From: Ylistrum balloti
Taxonomy: Eukaryota
Direction of reading: 5' to 3'
Length of the DNA: 64,000 nucleotides
NCBI RefSeq assembly: GCF_031769215.1
Contig: NW_026782170.1
Span: 868,001 to 932,000, forward strand
Shown here piece by piece: positions 50,201 through 63,199 of this stretch. The position numbers and the translations under genes were made by a program. Below the pieces are notes generated by a model that was not told where the DNA came from, made no database searches, and saw only the letters and a program-made list of their open reading frames with translations. Numbering within the stretch: position 1 is the first letter of the stretch; the number at the start of each line of letters is the position of its first letter.

Positions 50201-53200
50201 TGAATATTTTTTTATCTTTTTTTTTGGACATATTTACTAGGAAATCAACAAAAGATTATAAGAACTATTGAGATACAGCAATACCTAAGACACACATCAG
50301 GTGTGCTACGTTTCACATATATATAATGAAGACAAGTGGTACTGGAACTTTAAATAAACTTGATATAACACCTGTCATAAATGGAAGAAAGCCCCAAAGA
50401 AAATTTCACTTTTGTTTCCTCTTTCTAAAGTAGAGAAGTTTCAGAACAATCTGACATAAGTTTAACCAACCAGGTTGAAATGTCTTGAAAGTGTGTATAA
50501 AGTGTGTATAAAGTTTCATGATAATAGTATAATTAGAAAATCAATGATCTTGCCAATTCCCAAATCCATTAATTTTTCATGTTTTTTTTTTTTTTAAATA
50601 ACAATTTCATTATCCTACACATATAGCTTAACAAAATTGCACTAAATCAGTCTTTATATATAACATCAATGTTGAAATTGAAACCAATATAAATTCTATA
50701 CAAAAGCTTACCCAAAAGCAAAAATTGCACAGGAGGGTTGGGGTGTGTGATCCCCAGCACAGAAGGAGTGTAGAGTGAGACCGTAACACAGGAGACACAC
50801 CAGTCCTGCTGGCACAAATCTTGTCACAAAATATAACAGGAACTGTTGCACCACCTAAAGCAACACAAAAGTTAGTATCACATAGATTTTCTGTTAATGT
50901 TAACAGAATTATTACTTTAATATGTTTACTTAAGTCTGGTAGCTACAGATTTAAGCTAAAGATATACATATTGTATATCTGTGTATTTAATTTCAACCTC
51001 TGAAGACAAACCTCACATTCTGTAATACTTCCTACAGGCTTTTTACATCATTGTTTAAGTTCTATGTTTTTTCTATCATAAATATTCTAAAATGCTCTAG
51101 TATGACTAGAAGTATACATAGTAAAAAATGTTACTTACATCCTTGGTGATATACTCAGAGTTGTGTGTGGTAGCATTGTTCATGACTCGTGGATCAACAG
51201 GCAATCCCATCATGCTTAAGGACAGGAAGGGGATGACGATAAAGAGGATCCAGAGAAGATGTTGTGAAGCAAGGACAGGAGGCAGCAAGACCATACTGCC
51301 CAGCAGCTGGACCAAGCTCAAGGACAGGTGGTAACACAGCATTAGGTAGAAACAGTTCCTGCTGCTCATCAGGAATGACCGTGCCTAAAATCATAGAATG
51401 TTATTCAATGGTTATATGCCTTCTGTGTACATGTAGATTAAGATATTAAAACGTCTGCTAATAACAATCTCATCTACAAAGTTTTCTGACATTTACATAA
51501 GTAAATATAAATTTGAATATATTTCTCTATATAAATGCAGTGTATTGGCTCAACCAAAAGTGTTTTAAGCATTCAGTCTTGCTTTTGTCCATTTTATGGG
51601 GTGATGAATTGAGTTGCTCTAAGACAACTTTAATGAACTGTGAAGCAGTTCACGTCAAATTTGTCTCAAGAGCAACTTAATTCATCATTCTATGAAATCA
51701 AAAGCAAGATTCAATGTTTATAGTTCAGTTAAGATGGCTTGTTTTTGATATTTTGAATAAATGAAGTCTGCAGTTACAACTTGTGCAAGTCTAATGGGTT
51801 GCATTGAAAAAATATAGTCTGACATATCAAATTAGAGGATTATCAAACAGTATTACTCAAGCAAAATACGACTTCAACATTATTAAACTTAAATTAAATT
51901 TAATCTTGTCAGTATATTTAGAAATAATGAAAATTCTACATCAGCTATGCAGAAAACTAATGTCTATACTGTTTCCCTGTTTGCTTCAAAATCGATGGCA
52001 GCCATTTTAAAATTGCAATGGAGTGTGTTTTCCTGATTGATATGTTTAACCATGTAAATTAAATTTATTATTTATTAATTTATTGAGTTATTTTTCACTT
52101 CATCACCTCTGCAATAAGCTTGATAAGACTGATGTTGTCCTCCTTCCTAAAAGTCAGAGGGCACGGAATGCTAATGAGGGTACTGGCTAGCTGCATTGGG
52201 GTCAGTTGGTCTTCCTTCCATGGCTTTGTCATCAGAGAGTCTACTGCACAAACCTGGGGGTACAGAGGCTCTAGAGCCAGGCTGGGGGTCAACAATTCAA
52301 CAGAATAAGGCAAGCAACAGTCATCAATTTCATATGGAAATAATCAAAATTGCAAATAGCTTTGAACATTATGTTTAACACTCAACCTAGAGTAGCACCC
52401 TGGATGGTACATTGTACTTGAATCATTGAATCATTATGTTTATAAAGCAAAATAACTGAAATTTCTTTGTACATGAACCCCATATAAATCTGCAGTGTTA
52501 TTTATATCAGTGATGCAACACTTACCTACAGTCTGCTTGAAGGAAGATGGCTGTGTTGTTGATGTTGTTTGAACTGCCGACACACATAACCACCTCTCCA
52601 AACTCCTGCATGATCTTCATCATCTCCTGTGTTGCTAGAGAAAAAACCATGACAATGTATTTAAATATTGTACATTCTAGCTTTTTCAGTGAAGTTATAA
52701 TAATTTCTCTCGACTAGAAGCTGATAGTTCTACTTACTGTGAGTTGTACAGTCTGTGAATAGGTTGACTAGAAGAGGGACATTATCAACTGTCTGTAAAT
52801 GAGGTCGAATGTTTTCTATTCCCCTAGGAAGTTTTGCCTATGAAAAGATAAAGACAACATTTGTTAGTGAACATTTGTGATGACAGTCCTCTTAACTGAG
52901 AAGTCCTTAAAAGAGATTTTCATGGTGTTATAAAGCGTATATACTGTATGAAATCTACAAAGAAATGTACATTTGAGCCTTACCCTGTTGTCCAGGGCCC
53001 CTGTGAGACTGTCTGTATTCTCTGTAAAGTAACTGGAGGCATGACGACTCTCTATGTCTGTGATATTATCTAGGTCCTGATTGGTATTGCACTGACTACT
53101 GTAGCTCTTTGAAAGTTCTGTGTTGGTGAAAAGAACTTCCTCCTCATCTTCCCCATCTGTTGTCAATGGAGTTCTCTCCCCTATATATACTCGGGGAGAC

Positions 53201-56200
53201 CGTGGTTCACTACTCGATGTATCTGTTGTCATCTCAAACCTAACCTGAGAGGAGTTTAAATTAACAATGCTTGGAGCACTCTGACAGCGTGAGTGCATGG
53301 AATCCTGGGAATGTTTGTAGGTTGACGACACCATGTTTGTATCCTTTGCGACAGTGTCAGATGAGTTTCTGCTAGAGTAACGAGACATGCGGTGAGGCAG
53401 ATCAGCTGCAGACGAGGCTGCAGTTTCCCCCTTAAGGGCTGGATCAGATAACATAGATATGTGACAATTCCATCCAGCTTCTAGACCCATCTTCTCTGCA
53501 AACACCTAATTAAACAGCAGTAAAATTGAAATGAGTGATACTAATCAAACAACAGCAAAATAAATAGGAGTGGCACTAATCAAACAACAGCAAAATAAAT
53601 ATGAGTGGAACTAATCAACCAACAGCAAAATAAATATGAGTGGTACTAATAAAAAAACAGCAAAATGAATATGAGTGGCACTAATCAACCAACAGCAAAA
53701 TAAATATGAGTGGCACTAATCAACCAACAGCAAAATAAATGAGTGGCACTAATAAAAAAACAGCAAAATGAATATGAGTGGCACTAATAAAAAAACAGCA
53801 AAATGAATATGAGTGGCACTAATAAAAAACAGCAAAATGAATATGAGTGGCAAAGGTTCTTTTCCTTAAAAATATACTCTACTATTTGTTTATAAAGTTG
53901 TATGTTGTGTAATTAACACCAAGCAACTTGTTTTTCATCAGAGAAACATTAGAAATCAGTTCCCAAAACAATGCATGTTCTGTAGCTCTTAAAACAATCA
54001 GGACACAAAAGCTATTACTTGTATAATAGTTATTACAGAATTGTACTATTATTGAGCTGAACCCTTACTAAAGAACACAGCAGTTCATGATATGCATGAT
54101 TTCTCATTTATAATATATGTCAGGAAAAATCTTAAAAAGTGATTAAACAGTTATGATCACATCAAATTTAGTATTAATCTTGTCAAGCTTTGGTTGAAAC
54201 TCATTCTTTCATACACTGTTTCAGGAAAATAAATCTATGGTGACAATGTGATTATAAGTAAAACAAGATGAAATTACAGAGCAAAGTCTGGTATCTCATC
54301 TCCAACACCTGTGATCTGTACAAAGTCCATTATCTTGTACCCTCACACCTGAGACCTGAACAAAGTCTGTAATCTTGCCCCCTCACACCTGAGACCTGAA
54401 CAAAGTCTGTTATCTTGTCCCACACCTGAGACCTGAACAAAGTCTGGTATCTTGTCCCCTACACCTGTGATCTGTACAAAGTCTGTTATCTTGTCCCTCA
54501 CACCTGAGACCTGAACAAAGTCTGTTATCTTGTCCCCACACCTGAGACCTGAACAAAGTCTGTTATCTTGTCCCCTCACACCTGAGACCTGAACAAAGTC
54601 TGTTATCTTGTCCCTCACACCTGAGACCTGAACAAAGTCTGTTATCTTGTCCCCTCTCACCTGAGACCTGAACAAAGTCTGTTATCTCATCTCCAAAACC
54701 TAAGACCTGAACAAAGTCTGTTATCTTGTCTCCAACACCTGAGACCTGAACAAAGTCTGTTATCTTGTCCCCTCACACCTGAGACCTGAACAAAGTCTGT
54801 TATCTTGTCCCCCCACACCTGTGACCTGAACAAAGTCTGTTATCTTGTCCCCTACACCTGTGATCTGTACAAAGTCTGGCATCAAAATATCAGCATAGGG
54901 ACATAACAGTATGACTTATGACAGTATGTGGTATTGGATAGGACCGTTCCATATGCATCTTGCAATAAGCAAATGAGGCCAACACACAACCCTGATTCAA
55001 ATAAATGAGATAGGTTTATCAAAGGCCAAATGTCAGGTCAACACATAACAATGGTTCATAGTTAGGAAGTGAAATTATCAAAGGCCAATGGTAAAGTATT
55101 TGTTAAGATTTCTACAGAAACTGCATGATGTAAGAAGGCTAAAACAAGACATAGAACAAAATACTTACTCTACTTCTCACTTCATTTTCTTGAGAAAAGT
55201 GAACAAATCTGATGCAGGCTACTTCTAGCTTTTCTATCAATTGCACAACTTCCTGAAAAAAAGTAACTATCAAGTTAAGTATCCTTTGTAGACTAAATAG
55301 GATCAAGAATTACTGTTGATTGAGAACCATTGGTATATTTTATTAACAAGTGTATAATGTACATAAAAATGAAATAAAAGCAATCCCAAAGCCTTAAAAA
55401 GGTTCAGTGTTACTTACTATGTACATATTTTAGCCTGCTATTTGACAATCATCAGAATCATGATGCTGACTGCAGGCACATACATTGTAAGTAACACAAA
55501 ACCTCCAGCTAGTAGGATTCATTTTATCATGTTTAATTAGTAAGGAATTCTTTGGAGATCACTTAGAGATCAACCCCGGTATACTGCTGCAAAGTTCAAC
55601 ATAAGGAGTGTTGGTCTCCCTCCCATTATTTATTAAGTATACTGTGCACTTTGTACAAGATCTGAGCTTTTCTCAATCCTATTTAAGTGTGTATTTAACT
55701 GCAGATAAAAGGTGCAGACCATTTCTATCACACTTCCTCACATGAATGATGACAAAAGAGTCACACCAATAGTATAATATTAACTAGAGTAGTTTTCAAT
55801 GTGACAATAAGGTGACTGTAGATGAAAGGATGATACATGGTCATCATTCATACAAATATCTGGTGACCCCTACCTGTCAGACCTGGTACGGCATTGACAC
55901 CATTCATACAAATATCTGGTGAACCTCACCTGTCGAGCTTGGTATTGCATGGACACCATTCATACAAATATCTGGTGACCCTTACCTGTCTGGCTTGGTA
56001 TTGCATGGACACCATTCCTATAAATATCTGATTGTTCTGAGCCTGACAGCAACCAGGAATATCCTCAATGGAGGAGATGCTTGTTGTGTCAAAGAGGGAG
56101 TCCACACTAAATGCACGAGAACTGTCACTGAGCAAACGTGTCTCGTGCACCAAGTCCGTATTGGAATCTGTATTCGAATCCCTGTTAAAGAGAATGTATA

Positions 56201-59200
56201 TCAATGATTAAGCAAAGACACTCTCCTTTCTATGATGCAACTTCTACGAATTTATGATTTTGATTTTTTTTTCTCTCTTGATTAAATATAAGTATACATG
56301 TTACTTTTTATAACATATACATTAGGTGAGTCAGTTTAAAATATACCTTTGTGTCTCACTGCAGGAATTGAAGATAACATTTCCACCATGGGATAGTTGG
56401 ATATATAAGTTATCTAGGTGAGGGGAAATGTGTTGGGTAAGTGGACGGTAAGAGAATGCTGTACAGTAAGAGGCCATGCTTGTCCGGTGGTAAAAGTCCA
56501 AAATCTTCTTCCTGAAAATACACAACACCTTATAAACATGAAACCTTATCCCTTCTCATATTCTCAGTTAAATGTATCTTCTCAATGCTGGTGGTCAGTA
56601 TTCAAAAACAAACATCACAACACTACTAATACAGTGCCTGCATGCTACTACAATAATATTCAAATATTTGTTGATTATTAAATGTATCTTAATTCACAAT
56701 TTGGCATATTCTGATTGATTTTATGGATAAAGATACATCTCTTAAGGACATTTTTGCTAACTGATACTTGATAATGTAAACATAAATGGTTTCAAACTCA
56801 ATTTCTGGTTCTAATAATGTTTGCACACAAGAAGTCATCATTTATGTGAGAAACAAACCTTGTATTCAGGGATTAAACCTTGTACACTGATGGAGATAGT
56901 AATTAAAGAAGTAGGGGTAAGCTAGCTACCTACGGAAAGAAAGTTCTTATAACACAACCAACAGAAGATATCTAAGTGTGACCTTTCTACAACTACATCT
57001 TACCAGTGTGAAGTGTACTACTCCTGAACTGTAATACTATCTACACTAATATATAAAAAATTGTGACAAGGGTAACAATGTACTGTAATTGATTTGCCTA
57101 TACTTTGTTTAACACTTGATGTGTAAGAGTCTATGGCCCCATAAATTCCTGTTTAATTGTGGCCTGCTGTGGTGTGTCCAGATGGCCTTGATCAGGTGCC
57201 TGAAAAGGTTGTTTTCCTTGTCAACTATTTTGGAATTTTTTCAGTCTATGATATGATGATGGTGAAAGGGTTGTCCTTGAAATGTCGCACTTTAATCTTC
57301 TGCTGGTTGTTATATGAACTTCTACTATATTGACATTACCAATCTAAAGAAAATGTTTGTCACAGTTTAGCTACCTGTCACTCTCGGTGAGAACACTAAC
57401 ATCCTCCCCATCCCAGTAGTCACTACAGCATGCCAGCAGCAGGTCAGCTGTGCCCTGAGATAATACCTGCCCTAAACCTATAACATAAGATACATTGCTA
57501 TGTTAGATTATACCTGTGACAGGTAATATAACAATTTACACACAAAGCATTTTAAATCAAGATAATACTTGTATCACAACAATATTATAATTACTGAAAG
57601 ATATTCTGACCTGAGGCTTTCTCCCTGACCACAACAGACACCAAATTGGGCATTGGGATCTTGTGTTGTATGAAAGACTTGGCCCGATGGAGTCTTTCCT
57701 TGGCTGACTCATCAGGATGCTGTAATAACAGGACAGTACAGTGATCAGCATTAAAAAACAGTTGGATTTCAGTATTTGCAACCTTGATTATTAATGAAAT
57801 CTAGATAAATTACTTCTGGAAGTGTAGGTCTGGTGTAAGGTCAGAAATGGTCAAATCAAAAACTTTCTCAGTTACAAGTCTAGAATGGTATGGAATGATT
57901 TTGGTGCTACAATATCAACATATACACCAAAACCAGCTACACTCATTATTGACATAATTTTCTCACTTTTTTTGGTAAAATTGCAACAACAGGCCAATCA
58001 GTAAAACCATTTTCATTCACCTTTATAATGTTATGTTTTCCCTGCAAGATGAGAAATTTTTGAGCTCCAAACTGATTTCAACAAAAGACCTACATTCAAG
58101 CAGAAAAAAAAAACTTTGCCTAAGGATGATTCTGACCAAATATGGTCAAAAATCTGCTCAGTCATTCATGATAACTAGCGATTTGTCAAAAAAAAAGATG
58201 TACAAGTGGAGGACAGAAACTGCAGTATGCCATAAGATCACATGGATCTTCAGGCCAATTGACTTAAAAAATTTAATTTTTCTTTAAATTTTCTAATTCC
58301 AAGGGGCATAACTCATTAAACCCAACTGAACTAAAAAAACATGACCTGCATTTTCCCATAAGACATATACATACCAAATTTTAATTCAAGATGTCTGACT
58401 GAGATAATGAGCAGAAGCTATATACTGCATGAAATTTACAAATTGCAAGGGGCATAACTCTGTCAAAATAAATTCAACCTGTAGTGAATAATCTTGAAAT
58501 TATAGCAAATTAAAACTTGACAGAGATTTTTATTGGTGACATTACAAAATACATTCAATTGTAGAAAATCCTTTAAAAGTTAATGCACTGAAACCTGATT
58601 TCAAGGATTGCAATGAGGAATTTAAACATTTTAATTTTTTATCAGAGTACACAACCTATATGGAATACAAATGTTTAAAGGATTTGATCATGAGGGTTTG
58701 CTACTGTTTGGCTCCAAGAAACTATCTATCCATTTCCACATCATAATATTTCTCCATAACAATTTTCATCTTCTTTTTCCATGTTCATTGGACATGATGT
58801 CCCATGACATGGAATATTTTGGACATTTTTATACCAGAAAAGTGTAGGGAAACACAAGTCCAGTGTAATTTGGAGAATACAAAATATATGCATTAAACTT
58901 TGCAGCAATTGTCACTGTTGGTATAAAAGATACACTTTGGAATGGTCTATAAAATAAGTAGAGAAGTTTCTGGTACTGGATAGTCTATTTTACACAATAT
59001 TTGGTCTCATGTTGATCAACTGATGTGAGTTGGTGATTTTACTTGTGCATAATCTGATAAACTTCATTAAAAATTCATGGTATAAATGTCTATGTTCATA
59101 TCTAACACAATGTCTGGTCTGTGAGTAGATACAAAGTTTGACATGTCCTTTCAACATACATGCAAAATATTTTTTAATTTCATTGAGGCATTCTAAAGTT

Positions 59201-60201
59201 ATAGTGCGAAAATCAAATGTGGACGTACGAAAGGGATGGACATGGGTAACACTAAATTTCCCCCCTTTTCGATGACCTGGGCATAAAAACCTTTTGATTT
59301 TATATTTTATTGTAGTCCTTACCACATGTTTATACATTCCAAGGATGCGCTCTAAAGTGAAAATATCCATAGCTTTATCAGAGAAACCAATCTGTCTGGC
59401 CAATTCACAGAGACACCTGCAGAAAACACACCAACACAGACAGGTATTAATTAGTACTCATTGAAAATAACATACTTTGCTAAGGATTGGTGTTATAAGT
59501 CATATTAATCCTAATATCAACAAATACAAATCATATAGAACTCAAGGGCAGTAAGCACACTTATCAGGAGAATAAGTCTTTCCTAATTCTTTCTCATAAG
59601 TAACACTAATAATTTTTTAGCACAAATTCAAAAATTACTGGAGGCAATATTGTTTTACATGTCCACAACAGAAGAAAGACATTCTGTACAAGTAGGCAAC
59701 AAGGAGAACCTTGTAACAACATTTGAGACTAAATGACTAGTGTTGTATAAGAGGGACTGAGAATGAAAAAGTTTATGGGCAAACAAAAATGATTAGAGGC
59801 AGACATATGGGAAAAGTCTGCCATCATCAAATGATTCTTAAACCCTGTATTGATATTTGGCTGATTGAATTAAAACAAATTTCTTTTTTAGTAGTTGAAC
59901 TTTGATCCTTTATAGTTTGTAACTGACAAACACGTTCAAACGTTTATATTAAAGTGATTTTTTTTTCATTGAAGTAGAATGATAATAGTAATGCATAAAC
60001 GGACAGCACAAATGTAAGAACAGATGGATGTACAGATAAGTGCTATCACCATTATTTAAGATGACAAAGTTCTGAATACCTTCTGTTAACCACAGCCACA
60101 GTCTCCTCATTCTCCAGAGCCTCAGATGCCACATGGTCAGTGAACTGAGTGTACCACTCCACAGTCTTGATGTTACAGGTATTCAAAAGTATGTTAAGAC
60201 C
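47242..60201 (-). CDS. TMEM94: Transmembrane protein 94 (KIAA0195; P-type-ATPase-like ER membrane protein), 3' 866 codons; 5' exons not located (probably beyond the window)
   Basis: 17 phase-consistent exons: 60201-60080, 59416-59323, 57719-57611, 57477-57375, 56511-56347, 56181-55986, 55252-55169, 53505-52984, 52837-52738, 52634-52526, 52281-52107, 51384-51139, 50854-50712, 49634-49540, 49265-49172, 47770-47603, 47314-47242. Diagnostic peptides: GLNILLN, CLCELARQIGF, SQGTADLLL...DYWDG, ACIRFVHFS, FAEKMGLEAGWNCHIS, AKLPRGIENIRPHLQTVDNVPLLV, and C-terminus RYQKRTRLHFGTKLGMNSPF*. Confidence 0.95.
48075..48985. repeat. Three adjacent 51-bp minisatellite subarrays (TMEM94 intron)
   Basis: 17-codon periodicity in the ORF track in three variants: YIMWFTQVYIWLCLLML, YVMWFTQVINCWGLHRL, YFVKFTQVCTLCGYHRL. 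Confidence 0.92.
53535..53852. repeat. ~35-bp minisatellite (TMEM94 intron)
   Basis: Unit gagtggcactaatcaaacaacagcaaaataaatat. Confidence 0.9.
54285..54880. repeat. ~38-41 bp minisatellite (TMEM94 intron)
   Basis: Unit cacctgagacctgaacaaagtctgttatcttgtcccctca. Confidence 0.92.
55845..56030. repeat. 56-bp tandem triplication spanning a TMEM94 exon end and donor
   Basis: cattc(a/c)ta.aaatatctg at 55845, 55901, 55957 and 56013. Confidence 0.9.
58030..58480. mobile_element. Degenerate interspersed repeat (aaggggcataactc family, HINE-like)
   Basis: Two aaggggcataactc motifs, cataccaaatttt, and gatcacatggatcttcaggcca; assignment rests on resemblance to recalled bivalve repeats. Confidence 0.4.
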
Positions 60202-60444
60202 CTGTTGACACAAAATATCACATATCAAAGTCTATGTAGTGCCAGTGTGACAAAACAAAGTTTATCCAAAGATAAAAGTCAAAAAGTCATGGTAGGTTAT
60301 GTTTTCAATATTCTAGCCAAATGAAGAAAGATTTTGTTAATGGTTTATCTATTTACTCAAAAATCATTTTAAGTTTACATGTATCATCCAAGGAAATGTT
60401 TAAAACTGTTTCACCCAGAAAACAGCTTTTATCTTTTTTCATCT

Positions 60445-61200
60445 AGTGAAGGATTCTGATTTTGTGTTATACATGGAAGGTTTGTGATCTTGTGTTACCA
60501 TGGGGGGTTGTGATCTTGTGTAAACCAAAGAAGGTTTGCAATCTGTGTTACCAAGGGATGGTTTGTGATCTTGTGTTACCCATGGAAGGGTTGTGATGTA
60601 GTGTAAACCAGGTACGGTTTGTGATCTTGTGTTATTCAGGGAAGTTTTGTGATCTTGTGTTACCATGGGAAGGTTTGTGATCTTGTGTTACCCATGGAAG
60701 GGTTGTGATGTTGTGTAAACCAGGTACGGTTTGTGATCTTGTGTTACCCATGGAAGGGTTGTGATGTAGTGTAAACCAGGTACAGTTTGTGATCTTGTGT
60801 TACCCATGGAAGGTTGTTATGTTGTGTAACCCAGGTACGGTTTGTGATCTTGTGTTACCCATGGAAGGGTTGTGATGTAGTGTAAACCAGGTACAGTTTG
60901 TGATCTTGTGTTACCCATGGAAGGTTGTTATGTTGTGTAACCCAGGTACGGTTTGTGATCTTGTGTTACCAAGGGATGGTTTGTGATCTTGTGTTACCCA
61001 AGGAAGGGTTGTGATGTTGTGTGTTACCCAAGGGTTGTGATGGTTTGTGATCTTGTGTTACCCATGGAAGGTTGTTATGTTGTGTAACCCAGGTACGGTT
61101 TGTGATCTTGTGTTACCAAGGGATGGTTTGTGATCTTGTGTTACCCAAGGAAGGGTTGTGATGTTGTGTAACCCAAGTACGGTTTGTGATCTTGTTTTCA
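60445..61200. repeat. 28-bp subunit / 56-bp dimer minisatellite (TMEM94 intron)
   Basis: Alternating tttgtgatcttgtgttacccatggaagg and gttgtgatgtagtgtaaaccaggtacgg. Confidence 0.92.
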
Positions 61201-62129
61201 CAAGGAGATGTATACAAACCACCTATAACTGATTACTGATCTCATTTCTTACACATTACTTAAAACAATCCATAAAAAGACCATTAGCACTCTTTATCAG
61301 GTATATTTCTAATTTCTTTTTCTAATTTAACAGAAAGGTCTTTGCTGTGGGGTTTGTACCTGAAAGGACATCTGGATAAGACATCATTTTAACAATGATC
61401 TAAATTGGAGCTAAATATTTTACTTTGTACCAGACAGACCAGACCCCAGACAAGACAGACTGAATAGAAAACTGAAATTATCTGATCTCACGTAAGGAGA
61501 ATAGAATTTACCTGGTCTGTCTACAGACTGTAACACTAACTACACAGACAGATCACTCCTACCAGCATCATCAATAAGTCTTCATGTTAAAAGTACCTTT
61601 AAAACATGTTCTACACCTTACACTGGATATCATTACACTATCACAATGCCCATAGGTTTCCTAATAAAGATTTCCCAGGATTCCAATCTGGCAATTAACG
61701 TCATGTAACACAATCATACATATTCAATATCATCGCTATTGCTCAACAATGTAGCTGCAGTAGGTGAATATTTCTATATGAAAAGTACATGCGTAACTAG
61801 AGGCCCTGTCATGTATTGATTTGCACTTGTTTGACACATCTGCTTGTACCATATAAAGTACAAAGCTACTTATCCCAAAATAACCCTACGGAACATTCCA
61901 ACTACCATTACTTTAAGGGGATCCTATCACTTGTGTAAGGGGAACTCATTGAATCAATCCTCAAACAAGAGATTCTTCTGCAGCGATCTTATATCTTGTT
62001 GTCAATTATTGCTTGATTTTTATTTCTTCTTTTTAAGTTCGGCCTTTCCCCTTCTTTTCTCTTCTCTCTTCTGTTTTGCTCTAGATCATACAAAATTTGA
62101 ACACTCTTCTTAAGAAACAGTGATAATGA

Positions 62130-62700
62130 TCTTTAACTGCTGAATCCAAGATGGTCACCTGTCACCCATATTTTCCCCCTGATTTGTCCCAAAATTAGAA
62201 ATAACTTTCATCATCAAAATCAAAGATGGCAACCTGTCAGCCATTTGTTTTTCTGATCAGTTCCAAAATCAAACAGGCATAACTAGGGACCAGGGGAACC
62301 TGCATATGAAATTTGAGAAAATTCCATTTCGTGTTTCCAAAGACGTAGAGATAACAAACTTTCATCATAAAAATCCAAGATGGCGGCCTGTTAGTTGTTT
62401 TGTTTTTCTGGTTTTTCTCAAAATTAAATGGGCACAACCAGGGACTAAAGGATATGTCATGCAAAATTTGAGAAAGATCTATCTGGCACTTCTCAATAAA
62501 TAGTGATAACAAACTTTCATTGTCAAAACCCATGATGCCCATCTATCATTCATTTTGTTTTTCTGATCACTCCCAACATCAAACAGCTGCACCAGGGATC
62601 AAGTGGAACTAACATACAAAATTTGAGAAAGATCCATCTGGTATTTCTTAAAGAATAGCAATAATAAAACTCTTTTCTCAAAATCCAGGATGATTATCTT
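62130..62700 (+). mobile_element. Further copy of the ccaagatggc/catatgaaattt HINE-like family
   Basis: aaatccaagatggcgg, actagggaccaggggaacctgcatatgaaatttgagaaa and gatccatc are shared with 1340-2100. Confidence 0.65.
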
Positions 62701-63199
62701 TCTTCAAAGTGTTATTAATGCTAAAACTGAGAACTAAAGGTTAAGAAGTACAGTTCTATTACCTCTTAAGTATGACAAAACAGTGAAATTTTAAGCACAT
62801 TAATAAAATACAATACAGCATCTTACAGTCAGATATGTAAAATTGCAGTGAAGTTACTATCAGTAAAGCAAATCATAACCGGTGATAGTGCAACATCACT
62901 TTGAACATTCGATTTCTAAAAACACTTCGGAGCCCTGTTGTTATTGTTCTGTTTCTTATCATTATTATTCTTAATCTTCTTCCATGCTTTAGTTTAGTTG
63001 ATAAGGGATATGTTTATTGCCTTTTAAATGTCTTTAGATTAGATAGGTAAGAGCACCATGATTGAATATGCATGGAATTCATGGTTGATCAAACTTGAGT
63101 GAGGTAATAATGTAATAAGTTTATCAAGCAAGTCTCATCAAAATTCATTTGTTCCTTTAAGAGGTAACATGTGGAAAGTATTCAGTAAGGGTGCTGACA

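Noticed and set aside
61844-62113. Candidate additional TMEM94 exon
   Set aside because: Minus-strand frames contain stops and lack the expected QFDD..W...L.SLKP motif; the next upstream exon was not located.
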